NCBI GenBank assembly: GCA_030390025.1
Contig: CM059443.1
Location: 4,588,001 to 4,652,000, forward strand
Length of the DNA stretch: 64,000 nucleotides
From: Squalus acanthias
Lineage: Eukaryota
Direction: 5' to 3'
Position 1 is the stretch's first letter. Each line of letters opens with the position of its first letter. This document shows, piece by piece, positions 27,301 to 38,904 of this stretch. Position numbers and translations under genes: made by a program. Below the pieces are notes generated by a model. The model ran no database searches. It was given only the letters and a program-made list of their open reading frames with translations, and was not told the origin of the DNA.

Positions 27301-28833
27301 CTGCAATAGGAACCAGAGAAGATGTGTTTGTATAAAGTTATAGAAAAGTTTAGCATTTCAGAGTTTAATAGAAGCAGATTTTAAAGATTGCAGCTTCCTA
27401 TAGTGGACCCCAGAAGTTTACTGAGTGACGGGGCATTGCCCCTTTAAGATTATACAGACTGTGTCAAAACAGGAAGAGCTACAATTTCTTGCTGTAGAAT
27501 TATTGTTTTAGGATCCTGCTGGTGACTCGCTGGATTAGAGCATCACTCACTCTGGGACTACACCTCCTGCTCCCAGGATCCATCCCCGGTCTGTGCCTAG
27601 TTAGCTGATCTAGGGCGAGGGCACCAGGGACGCTTCACTTGGCCTCAGTATCCCGGGTTAGGGAAAGAAGTGATCCAGGATCCCACTTCTTACCACAAAC
27701 CAGTGACCTCTGCCTCTGCGATCATTGATTTGAAGTTGATAATCTACCCAAACAGGTGATGTGTTTTGGCACTGAGCCATTGAGGACTTGGGAGAGACAC
27801 ACTGAGTATAAAGTGGCTCCATCCCCATGTAATGTACCCACACCCTGTCCTACCAGCTGCACATTCCTCCTCTACAATTCCCCCCTTCCCTCACCACCCA
27901 TCACTAATGCCTCTGCTGTGCCACCACTGCCGAGCAAAGGATAAAAGATCTCAAACTCTCCACTGGCCCAGTGGGTGAGGGCACCAGGTGTGTGGTCCCG
28001 AGCTCTACAGACAGAGTGACAGGTTGGTCTGTGATGAGGCTCCAATTGGCACAGTGCCCCTGGTTTAGGAGAGGGGAACAAAAAGCTAACGTCCCCTTTC
28101 CTGGTTGATATCCAGTGACCCTTCTCCCGCCTCCCACTGCCCCCATTGGGAAGGTGCTCAGTTGTGGATGTGAGGCCAGGACAGGACATGGATATTGACA
28201 GGTGAATGACCCGCCGACACTCAGTGTCCTGGCTAATCTATGAAGAATGGTCAATTGGGGCAAGGTGGTGGAGGGCTCACAACTCCCATGGACACAAGCC
28301 TGAGGGAATGGGAGGGACGATTCTCAATATCCAAGTGTACACGGTGGGAAATTGGAAGTTGCAAAATGTTTTTAAAAAAGGAAAATCTACAAGTGCTGAT
28401 GTGGGGCTGCCGGCGATGTACACAAAGCAGCAACAGTAACCCACCGGCACAGGCTCAGTGTCGACATGGCAACCGGCAGAATTCACAGTGAGCCAGTGGT
28501 GTGGGGCCCGGTCCGGGTGTTAGTGGTCAATGCCAAAGATCAGCACAAACCAGAGAGCCTTTTCACCGCAGTGCCGCTCCTACCAGAGTCCGGCTACAGA
28601 CAGATTCTGGTCCCCACACACCATTGGGGGGGAATTGTACCCAGAACCAGAGCTCCAGCCTCAGAATGTACAGCAACCAGAATCACTCAGCATCAGGACT
28701 CAAAGGAGCAGTGCGGAGGGGAATGGATGGCGATGAAGGGAAGAGGAAAGGAAATAGAAGATGGGAGCGGAACTTTTTTGGATAGGAGTCAGGAGAGTTC
28801 CAGCATGAACTGGGAGGATTGAGGAGGAGAGTT

Positions 28834-29126
28834 TCTGAGGGTGGGGAGTTGGATGGGGTACAGTGTCTGAGGGTGGGGAGGTGGATGGGTTACAGTGTCT
28901 GAGGGTGGGGAGGTGGATGGGTTACAGTGTCTGAGGGTGGGGAGGTGGATGGGGTACAGTGTCTGAGGGTGGGGAGGTGGACGGGGTACAGTGTCTGAGG
29001 GTGGGGAGGTGGATGGGGTACAGTGTCTGAGGGTGGGGAGGTGGATGGGGTACAGTGTCTGAGGGCGGGGAGGTGGACGGGGTACAGTGTCTGAGGGTGG
29101 GGAGGTGGACGGGGTACAGTATCTGA
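28834..29126 (+). repeat. 32-bp G-rich minisatellite x9 in the J-C intron (cluster A)
   Basis: GGGGTACAGTGTCTGAGGGTGGGGAGGTGGAY; tacagt recurs every 32 nt from 28859 to 29115. Confidence 0.95.
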
Positions 29127-29728
29127 ACTGGCTCAAAAGGCGGTGTCAAGGACCTCAACTGGGGCAGGGAGGGAAGTTGTTCATGGAAAGGGAGTGACTG
29201 GTGGGGAATTGATGATCTGTCAAAAAATGGTTTAAGGATCAGGATGAAATTGGTGCAGACAAATGTGGGTCAGAGCACAACGTGGCACGATTGAAATCAG
29301 AATGTGGGGGAATGCTGGGGTGGGCAAGAATGACAGAATAATGAACTCTCAACAACATGGTATTAAACAGATCCAGAACCACCGATCCTGAGCAGTCTAG
29401 TCTATGGAATCTGGAACTATGTCTGGACAACACTTCAGTGCAGTCCTGAGTGAGTAGAATACTGCATTATTAGTGGTGCTATTTTAGGAAAAGACCTTAA
29501 ACTGAGGCCCATCGGTTTATTCAGGTGGATGCAAGAGATCCCATGACATGGTTGTCCCAGTGTCCTGGCCAATATTCCTCCCGAAACCAATACTGTCTCA
29601 CTGTTGTGTGGGATCTTGCTGTGTTTTACTGCAGAACATTGAATGGATTACTTTTGAAGTGCAGTCAATGTGCAACACATCGGGACAGAAGGTTATAGAA
29701 ATGCAATTATTTGTTCAATTTTTAATTT

Positions 29729-30220
29729 AAAGAAAGACTTGCATTTATATAGCGCCTTTCACAACATCCCAAAGCGCTTCAAAGCCATTTAAGTACTTTG
29801 AAGTGTCGTCACCTTTGTAATGTAGGAAATGCGGCAGCCAATATGTGCACAGCAAGCTCCCACAAACAGCAATTTGATAATGACCAGATCATTTGTTTTA
29901 ATGACACTGATTGAGGGATATTATTGGCAGGTACACCTTGGATAACTCCCCTACTAAAAGATCCCACGGCACGATTTCAAAGAGCGGGGGAGTTATCCCC
30001 GGTGTCCTGGCCAATATTTATCCCTCAACCAACATAACAAAAACAGATTATCTCTTCATTATCACATTGCTGTTTGTGGGAGCTTGCTGTGCGCATATTG
30101 GCTGCCGCATTTCCCACATTACAACAGTGACTACACTCCAAAAACGATTTCATTGGCTGGAAAGCGCTTTGAGATGTCCGGTGGTCGTGAAAGGCGCTAT
30201 ATAAATGCAAGTCTTTCTTT
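29729..30220. mobile_element. Two Deu-domain SINE 3' halves in inverted orientation (cluster A J-C intron)
   Basis: Ends aaagaaagacttgcatttatatagcgcctttcac / gtgaaaggcgctatataaatgcaagtctttcttt; Deu core ccccggtgtcctggccaatatttatccctcaacc. Confidence 0.8.
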
Positions 30221-30707
30221 AGTTTTGACTAACTGAACAACAGCTGACACACATGTATTATATGTTTAATACATCCCAGTCCACCTAATGGTGAAAAATA
30301 TTCTCACCATTGTTAAATAAAACAGCTCCACCATTGGAGGAGCAGGGGGGGCCACAATGTAACCCTTTCTCCCTCCATTCAGGTTTGAAAAAACTGCATC
30401 AGACACAGTGACCAAAACTATCTGCTCTGACTGTTTAAAAAATGCAATCCATCTTCACAGATAATTTTGGGATGAAAAGATTGCAATTCAATTAGAATTC
30501 AAAAATTACACAGCACTAATTAGCAGCAACTGCTAGAAACACAGCACTAATGAACCGAGCGAGTGCTGGACACTAAACATTAATGTACTGGAATCAGCTA
30601 TTTTACTCTAAAATTAGTAGAAAAAGACAGTTTAAATTATTAATGAATTTCTAAATGTTCAAATTCACACAACTAGTTTCTCCAAGAGGGAAATCCCAGC
30701 CACTTAC

Positions 30708-30742
30708 CCGCAACAAAGAACTTGGTCCCTTTGCCGAGCACC
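30708..30742 (-). CDS. Ig light chain J segment, cluster A (VLGKGTKFFVA)
   Basis: G GTG CTC GGC AAA GGG ACC AAG TTC TTT GTT GCG G followed by donor gtaagt, preceded by an RSS; phase 1 fits the C exon. Confidence 0.9.
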
Positions 30743-30781
30743 CACTGTGTGATGTTCTAGGGTTCAGTCCATACAATTACT
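30743..30781 (+). other. J recombination signal sequence, 23-bp spacer (cluster A)
   Basis: CACTGTG + 23 nt (tgatgttctagggttcagtccat) + ACAATTACT. Confidence 0.88.
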
Positions 30782-31096
30782 CAGGATCCTGGAATCAGTC
30801 AGAAAACACGTTCAGAAGCTCCAGTTCCCAGCATTAATCAGACTCCATGTATTCAGAGTGTCCCAGCTGGTGTGGGGCAGGAAGGAATGAACTCACAGCA
30901 ACATCCCCAGACTGACATTAAATGTCAGAAACACCCAATGCTGGGCAGTTAGACTCAGAATGTCAGCAATTCTGAAATGATATAAATTGGAAAATATTGT
31001 TTAAAAGGACAAAATTAAAGTGATTTTATGAACTGTAAAACATTAGAAAGTTTTATCAGATAGAAAGATATTAAGTGTATAACACTTGCTGCTCCC

Positions 31097-31124
31097 AGTT
31101 TTTGTTTTACCTTCTGTCACTGTG
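31097..31124 (-). other. V recombination signal sequence, 12-bp spacer (cluster A)
   Basis: CACAGTG + acagaaggtaaa + ACAAAAACT on the minus strand. Confidence 0.95.
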
Positions 31125-31451
31125 ACACATAAGCACTGCTTCCTGAAACCCACGTTCCACAGTAATAGACGGCAGCGTCATTCACCTCCACGTTCTTTAT
31201 GATTAACTGGTAAATGTTGTGGCCGCTGTTGGCTTTCGATGTGAAACGGTCGCTGCTAAACCCAGGACCATAGGTAGGGGCACTGCTAGAGTAATGGTAA
31301 TAGAGGACCCATTGAGGAGCCGCTCCTGGTGTCTGCTTGTACCAGCTCACAACATAGCTAGCAACCGTTCCAGTGTTACAGTCGAGTGTGGCCGTTTCCC
31401 CTGGTTTCACAGTCAGGTCTGGAGGCTGAGTCAGAGTCTGAGACTGTCCAT
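31125..31451 (-). CDS. Ig light chain V exon (sigma-type), cluster A
   Basis: Acceptor ctcttttacag; QTLTQPPDLTVKPGETATLDCNTGTV...WYKQTPGAAPQWVLYYHYSSSAPTYGPGFSSDRFTS...DAAVYYCGTW. The DCNxGTV, long CDR2 and YGxGFSS pattern are typical of sigma (teleost L2) V domains. Confidence 0.93.
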
Positions 31452-31556
31452 CTGTAAAAGAGCAGGGATTAAACATTACACATTGACCCTTTAAAAGTGA
31501 TCCCAAGCCCCCCATCTGCTGCTGCGGGAGGAGCAGAGTTCAGTGTCTGTACTTAC

Positions 31557-31602
31557 AGCCCAGCCACAGCGCCAGAGACCAGAAAAAGCACAGCGTCTGC
31601 AT
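31557..31602 (-). CDS. Leader exon, cluster A (MQTLCFFWSLALWLG)
   Basis: 46-nt exon from ATG to phase-1 donor gtaagt; hydrophobic signal peptide; joins in frame to V. Confidence 0.93.
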
Positions 31603-31684
31603 CGTTTCAGTCAGTGAGCTTCCTGCCTGCCTTCCCCGAGTGTATCTGTGACAGACTGTGGCAGCAGCTGCCCATTGAACCCAG

Positions 31685-31724
31685 TTATAGACCCATTCAC
31701 ATCAGGAAGGAAACCCATGCAAAT
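31685..31724 (-). promoter_or_regulatory. V promoter of cluster A: octamer ATTTGCAT (31717-31724) and TATAA (31685-31689)
   Basis: Octamer in light-chain orientation about 115 nt upstream of the ATG. Confidence 0.88.
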
Positions 31725-31748
31725 GAGAGCGATTCACACTGACCAACC

Positions 31749-32248
31749 NNNNNNNNNNNNNNNNNNNNNNNNNNNNNNNNNNNNNNNNNNNNNNNNNNNN
31801 NNNNNNNNNNNNNNNNNNNNNNNNNNNNNNNNNNNNNNNNNNNNNNNNNNNNNNNNNNNNNNNNNNNNNNNNNNNNNNNNNNNNNNNNNNNNNNNNNNNN
31901 NNNNNNNNNNNNNNNNNNNNNNNNNNNNNNNNNNNNNNNNNNNNNNNNNNNNNNNNNNNNNNNNNNNNNNNNNNNNNNNNNNNNNNNNNNNNNNNNNNNN
32001 NNNNNNNNNNNNNNNNNNNNNNNNNNNNNNNNNNNNNNNNNNNNNNNNNNNNNNNNNNNNNNNNNNNNNNNNNNNNNNNNNNNNNNNNNNNNNNNNNNNN
32101 NNNNNNNNNNNNNNNNNNNNNNNNNNNNNNNNNNNNNNNNNNNNNNNNNNNNNNNNNNNNNNNNNNNNNNNNNNNNNNNNNNNNNNNNNNNNNNNNNNNN
32201 NNNNNNNNNNNNNNNNNNNNNNNNNNNNNNNNNNNNNNNNNNNNNNNN
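31749..32248. other. Assembly gap (500 N)
   Basis: Run of N. Confidence 1.
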
Positions 32249-32261
32249 GGAAATAGTTCAT

Positions 32262-35200
32262 AAAAATAGAAAATGCTGGAAATACTCAGCAGATCAGGCA
32301 GCATCTGTGGAGAGAGAAGCAGAGTTAACGTTTCAGGTCGATGACCCTTTGTCAGAACTGGAAAAAGTTACTGATATAACAGGTTTAAGCAAGTACAGAG
32401 GCAGGAAAGAACAAAAGTGAAGGTCTGTGATAGGGTGGAAGGCAGGAAAGATTAAATGACAAAAGGGATGATGGTGCGAGTCAAAAGGAGATGGTAATGG
32501 GACAAGTAAAGGAACAAAAGATGGGTCTAGAAGAGGTGTAAATGGGAATGGCAGAATCATCAACAGCTGCCGTCCAAAACAATAGGAGCAGATGTTGTGA
32601 TCTGAAGTTGTTGAACTCAATGTTGAGTCTGGAAGGATGTAAAATGCCTAATCGAAAGATGAGGTGTTGTTCCTCAGCTTACGTTGTGCTTTATTGGAAC
32701 AGTGTAGCAGGTTGAAGACAGAAAGGTCAGAGTGGGAGTGGAGCGGAGAATTAAAATGACAGGCAATCAGAAGTTCGGCGTCACACTTGCGGACTGAATG
32801 GAGGTGTTTCGCAAAGCGTCGCCCAATCTGCGTTTGGTCTCCCCAGTGTAGAGGAGACCGCATCAGGAGCAGCGAATACCGTCTACTAAATGGAAATAAT
32901 ACAAGTAAATCACTGTTTGACCTGGAAGGAATGTTTGGGGCCTTGAATGGTGGGAAGGGAGGAAGTAAAAGGGCATGTGTTGCATCTCCTGCACTTGCCC
33001 TGGGAAGGGGAGGGGCTGTTTAGGGTGATTGAGGAGTGGACCAGTGTGTGGCGGAGGGAACGGTCCCTTTGGAATGTTGCAAGGGGAGGTGAGGAGAAGA
33101 TGTGTTTGGTGGTGGGATCACGCTGGAGGTGGCGGAAATGGCGCAGGATGATCCGTTGATCCGTTGAATAGGAAGGTTGAAACGGCACCGATACAATCAT
33201 CAATGTACCGGAAAAAGAGGGGAGGGAGGGGACCCGAGTAGGACTGGAACAAATAATTTTCCACAAATCCCACGAAAATGCAGAACCTCCAGTATGATTT
33301 GGACAGGTTGGGTGATTGGGCAGAAGCACGGCAGATGCAGTATAATGTGGATAAATGCGAGGTTATCCACTTTGGTGGCAAAAACAGAAAGGCAGATTAT
33401 TATCTGAATGGCAATAGATTGGGAGAAGGGGAAGTGCAACGAGACCTGGGTGTCCTTGTGCACCAGTCGCTGAAGGGAAGCATGCAGGTGCAGCAGGCAG
33501 TTAAGAAGGCAAATGGTATGTTGGTCTTCGTAGCGAGAGGGTTTGAGTACAGGAACAAGGATGTCTTGCTGCAGCTGTACAGGGCCTTGGTGAGACCACA
33601 CCTTGAGTATTGTGTGCAGTTTTGGTCGCTTTATCTGAGGAAGGATGTTCTTGCCATGGAGGGTGTGCAGCGAAGATTCACCAGGCTGATACCTGGGATG
33701 GCAGGAATGACGTACGAGGAGAGATTGGGTCAATTGGGCTTATACTCGCTGGAGTTTAGAAGAATGAGAGGAGATCTCATTGAAACTTATAAAATTCTAA
33801 CAGGGCTAGACAGACTGGATGCAGGAAGGATGTTCCCGATGGCGGGGGAGTCCAGAACAAGAGGTCACAGTCTAAAGATAAGGGGTAAGCCATTTAGGAC
33901 TGAGATGAGGAGGAATTTCTTCACCCAGAGAGTGGTGAACCTGTGTAATTCTCTACCACAGAAGGCAGTTGAGGCTAACTCAATAAATATATTCAAGAAG
34001 GAGTTAGATATATTGCTTAAGGCTAAAGGTATCAAGGGATATGGAGAGAAGGCAGGGACAGGGTACTGAGTTTGGATGATCAGCCATGATCTCATCGAAT
34101 GGCGGTGCAGGCTCGAGGGGCCGAATGGCCTAATCCTGCTCCTATCTTCTATGTTTCTATGTTTCGAAAGCTAGGACCCATGTGGGCTCCCATAGCAACA
34201 CCTTTTATTTGCAGGAAGCGAGCGGAGTCAAAAGAGAAGTTGTTTAATGTGTGAACAAGATCAGCCAGGCGGAGGAGAGTGGTGGTGAATTGGGACTAGT
34301 TGGGCCTCTGTTCAAGCGGAGTGCCCTCAGGCCATCCTGGTGGGAGATGGAGGTGTATAGGGATTGGATGTCCATGGTGAAAAGGAAACGTTTAGAGCCA
34401 GTAAAATGGAAACTGTTAAAGTCACGGAGGGCATTGGAAGAGTCGCGGATGTAGGTGGGAAGAGACTGGACAAGGGCAGAAAAGTAGAGTCGGTATAGGA
34501 AGAAATCAGTTCCATGGGGCAAGAACAGGCTGAAACGATGGGTCTGCCAGGGCAGAGTCCTGTTTGTGGATCTTGGGAAGGAGGTAGAAGCGGGCTGTGC
34601 AGGATTATGAGGTTGGCAGCAGTGGAGGGAAGATCTCCAGAGGAGATGAGATCAGTGACAGTCTTGGAAACGATCGCTTGATGTTCGGAAGTGGGGTCAT
34701 GGTCCAGGGGGAGGTAGGAGGAGGTGTCAGAGAGTTGGCATTCAGCCTCCGCAAGGTAGAGGTCGGTTCACCAAACAACAACAGCACCACCCTTGTCAGC
34801 AGGTTTGATGATGTTAGGGTTGGATTTGAGAGAATGGAGTGCTGCAAGTTCAGAGGGAGGTAGGTTAGATTGAGTGAGGGGAGCAGAGAAATTGAGACGG
34901 CCGATGTAACGCCGGCAGTTCCCAATGAAAATATCTAGAGAGGGTAAGAGGCCAGAGGGTAGAACGAGAATTCTGAAAATGGGAGAAAGTGCCTGCTGTG
35001 CGGGGGAAGACTCCAAGCCAAAGAAGTGGGCACTGAGGCGAAGGCGATGGAATAAGAGCTCAGTGTCATGCCGAACTCGAAATTCATTGAGGTGGGTGCG
35101 TAAGGGAATGAAGCTGAGGCCTTTCCTGAGGACTGATCGTTCTTGATCAGACAGGAGGTGGTCAGGGGGATAGTGAAAACACGGCAAGGGGTGAGAATGG

Positions 35201-35262
35201 AAGAAGGGATAGGGTCAGAGGAAAGTGAAGGGGAAGAGGTTTCCAGAAGGGTGATGTTATCC
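32262..35262 (-). mobile_element. Penelope-like retroelement (RT and GIY-YIG remnants), interrupted by CR1
   Basis: LRKGLSFIP, IIKPADKGGAVVVW, FTMDIQSLYTSI, FFRYIDDCIG, IACHFNS; terminal repeat aaatgctggaaatactcagc. Confidence 0.9.
33279..34165 (+). mobile_element. CR1 3' fragment nested in the Penelope RT
   Basis: 263-aa open C-terminal ORF2 piece ending KGYGEKAGTGY; (tttctatg)n tail. Confidence 0.92.
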
Positions 35263-35299
35263 AAGAGTCGTTGAAACAACTGGAAATAATTGTTACCCA

Positions 35300-38030
35300 A
35301 TTTACCTTACCAAAAGTTTTCAATTTTCAACACCTGTATTAGATCTCTTCTTAACCCTCCTTGTTCTACTGAAAAGACCCTCAATTACTCTAGTCCCGCC
35401 TCATAACTAAAGCTTATCATCTGATATTAGTTTAGGGAATCTGTTCTGTACCCTCCCCATGTACTTGACATCCTTCCTAAAGTAGGGTGCCCAAAATTGG
35501 ACAAAGTATTCTAATTATGGCCAAACCAATGATTTGTAAAGGTTTACATAGAAACATAGAAGATAGGAGCAGGAGCAGGCCATTCAGCCCCTCGAGCCTC
35601 CTCCGCCATTCAATGAGATCATGGCTGATCATCCAAATTCAGTACCCTGTCCCTGCCTTCTCCCCATATCCCTTTAGCTTTAAGAAATATATCTAACTCC
35701 TTCTTGAATATATTTAATGAATTGGCCTCTACTGCCTTCTGTGGTAGATAATTCCACAGGTTCACCACTCTCTGGGTGAAGAAATTCCTCCTCATCTCTG
35801 TCCTAAATGGCTTACCCTTTAACCTTAGACTGTGACCCCTGGTTCTGGACTCCCCGGCCATCGGGAACATCCTTCCTGCATCCAGTCTGTCCAGTCCTGT
35901 TAGAATTTTATAAGTTACAATGAGATCCCCTCTCATTCTTCTAAACTCCTGCGAGTATAAGCCCAATCGACCCAATCTCTCCTCATACGTCATTCCTGCC
36001 ATCCCAGGTATCAGTCTGGTGAATCTTCGCTGCACTCCCTCCATGGCAAGAACATCCTTCCTCAGCTAAGGCGACCAAAACTGCACACAATACTCAAGAT
36101 GTGGTCTCACCAAGGCCCTGTACAGCTGCAGCAAGACATCCTTGTTCCTGTACTCGAACCCTTTCGCTACGAAGGCCAACATACCATTTGCCTTCTTAAC
36201 CGCCTGCTGCACCTGCATGCTTCCCTTCAGCGACTGGTACACAAGGACACCCAGGTCTCGTTGCACTTCCCCTTCTCCCAATCTGTTGCCATTCAGATAA
36301 TGATCTGCCTTCCTGTTTTTGACACCAAAGTGGATAACCTCGCATTTAGCCACATTATATTGCATCTGCCATACTTCTGCCCAATCACCCAACCTGTCTA
36401 AATCATACTGGAGTTTCTCGGCAACCTCCTCACGGCACACACTCCCACCCAGCTTTGTGTCGTCTGCAAACTTGGAGATATTACATCCAATTCCCTCGTC
36501 TAGATCATTAATATATATTGTGAATAGCTGGGGTCCTAGGACCGTTCCCTGCGGTACCCCATTAGTCACTGCCTGCCACTCGGAAAAAGACCCGTTTATT
36601 CCAACTCTTTGCTTTCTGTCTGCCAACCAGTTCTCTATCCAAGTCAATACCTTGCCCCAATCCCATGTGCCTTAACTTTACACGCTAATCTCTTATGCGG
36701 GACCTTATCGAAAGCCTTCTGAAAGTCCAAATACGCCACATCCACCGGTTCTCCCTTATCTACTTTACCAGTTACATCCTCAAAAAATTCCCATAGATTA
36801 GTCAAGCACGATTTACCTTTTGTAAATCCATGTTGACTTTGTCCGATCCTGTCACTGTTTTGCAAGTGCTCTGCTATTACATCTTTTATAATGGACTCTA
36901 GCATTTTCCCCACTACCGCTGTCAGGCTTACCGGTCTATAATTCCCTGTTTTCTCTCGACCACCTTTTTTGAATAGTGGGGTAACATTAGCTACCCTTCA
37001 ATCCATGGGTACTGTTCCAGAGTCTATAGAATTTTGGAAGATGACCAGCAATGCATCTACTATTTCTAGTTTAGCATTACCTCTTTGCTATTGAACTCTA
37101 TGCTCCTACATACAAAACATAGAGAGATATACTGAGATAGAGGATCAGCTATGATCACATTGAATGGCAGAGCAGGCTCGAATGACCTACTCCTGCTCCT
37201 ATTTTTCTATGTTCCTAAAGGATCCAACATGCTTTTTTACAGCTTTATCAACTCTGTCTCCCACAGTTATAGATCTGTGTATCTGAACCCTCAAATCTCT
37301 CTCCTCCTTTTAAAATGTTATTGTTTAGTGTAAAGTGCTCTCTTATTCTTCCTCCCAAAATGTAACACTTCAAATATCTCTATTAAATTTCATCTATCTG
37401 CCCGATCTACTAACCTGTCTATATCCTCCTTAAGTTTTGTACAAGTTTATTCATAGTTAACCACTCTCGCAATTTTTGCATTGACTAAAACTTTTGATAT
37501 ATCCTCATACTCAAGTCCAGATCATTTATATATTGAGGAAAGCAACGGTCCCAACACTGGCCCCTGGGAGAATGTGGGGGGCAGGGGAGGGAGGTGCAGG
37601 GAAGGGGGGTTACACCACTAAATCACCCTCCAGGCTCAAATTGATTACTTTAATTTTATCAACAAGCCTCTTATGTCTCACCTTATCACCCTTTGGAAAG
37701 TCCATAGACAACATCTACTCCATTTCCTTCATCAATAGACTCTCTCCTCAAAAGAATTCTATTACATTTTTCAGACATGACTTGGCTTTTATGAAACTAT
37801 GCTGGCTCCCTAATGAGCCCTATCTCTAGGTGAGTATCAATTCATCCTGTATTGTGGCCTCTAGAAACTTACCACGGTCTATAGTTACCCAGTTTATTCC
37901 TTTATAAACAGAGATCCTAAACGGCAACCCTCGAGACATCTGACCCAACTTCTCTATCCAAGGATGTTTGAATAAGTGTGATCAGACCCTCTGCTGTTTC
38001 CTCTCGGCTTCCTTCAACATTCTTGGATGC
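35300..38030 (-). mobile_element. Old CR1 remnant with a younger CR1 (about 35546-37068) nested inside
   Basis: Young copy: [33 protein letters not shown]. Decayed CR1 sequence continues on both sides. Confidence 0.85.
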
Positions 38031-38163
38031 ATGGAAACAGGACAAGAATTGGAGCAAAGTGTTGGCTCTCCTCACATCTAGACCACTTGATGGTGTCAGG
38101 GATGGGGAGGAGCACACAAGGTGACAAAACACACACTCGGAAATATTTCCTGCACAGATTCTC

Positions 38164-38169
38164 TTTATT
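38164..38169 (-). terminator. Polyadenylation signal of cluster B
   Basis: AATAAA on the minus strand, paralogous to 26595-26600. Confidence 0.7.
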
Positions 38170-38581
38170 GGAAGTTACGCTCAGTGACAGTAGTCGTCAG
38201 TCTGATGCTCTTGACAGATCATAAACTATCTTCATTAAACCATTTTCATTAAATTCAGCACTGGTCCTGGGAAAACCACCCATTTGAACTGAAATTCCTG
38301 ATTAGAGACCAGTAACTGGTCACTTTAACCCTGGTGTAGCCTCTTGTAATAGGAGAAACTGAGCAAAACCTGCCTCAGGTACAAAGACTTCAAATGATAC
38401 AGCAGAATCACACAAAGCAAACCAGAAGCACAAAATGCAGCAAATACCAAGGGTAGAGGGTGGATAATGGGGATGGGGAAGGGGAAGATGATGGGGTTGG
38501 TGAGGGATACAGGGTGGATAATGGGGAAAGTGACACTTTCCCACTATTCAGGCAGCATACACGAGTGAAGCTTCGATCTAT

Positions 38582-38904
38582 TTAACAGTTGGATTGTGCG
38601 ACTGTTGCGGTTGTTTTGGAAGCTGTTCCTTGTTGAACTGTACAGGAGTACACCTTCCCACTGCTCCAGTCTGTGCCGGGGACCGTCAGGTAGCTGCTGA
38701 GACTGAAGGTGTTGTCCGTGTTCCGCGACACGGTGCTGGTTTGGACCTCACTGCTCGTCGGACTCCCGTCGACTGTCCAGCTGACCGCAGCGAAGCCCAT
38801 GGACAGTTTGCTGACCAGGCAAACTAAGGTGCCTGCTCCTTTAGAGGACATCTCCTCGGCTGAAGGCCCAAGCAGTTTTACTGAAGGCTCAGGGAGTTGC
38901 TCAG
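38582..38904 (-). CDS. Ig light chain (sigma-type) constant exon, cluster B
   Basis: Acceptor ctggttcctatttcag; same translation as the cluster A C exon. Confidence 0.95.

Larger units (their letters stand above)
32249..37800 (+). repeat. Segmental duplication copy 1 (matches 58445-64000, offset about 26196)
   Basis: Same nested TE order and near-identical sequence and ORFs, with scattered substitutions. Confidence 0.95.

Noticed and set aside
28834-29126. CRISPR array or class-switch region
   Set aside because: No unique spacers and a eukaryotic context; light-chain locus with the G-rich strand on the template side.
30404-30442. CACAGTG about 300 bp downstream of J as a second J RSS
   Set aside because: The nonamer position matches only 4/9 and the adjacent sequence has no GxG motif or good donor.
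31117-31515. ORF-track N-terminus MGGLGSLLKGQCVMFNPCSFT as the V signal peptide
   Set aside because: It is leader-intron sequence; the real leader is the spliced exon at 31557-31602.
31648-32304. Long ORFs of X residues (also near 45.5 kb)
   Set aside because: Artefacts of N gaps.
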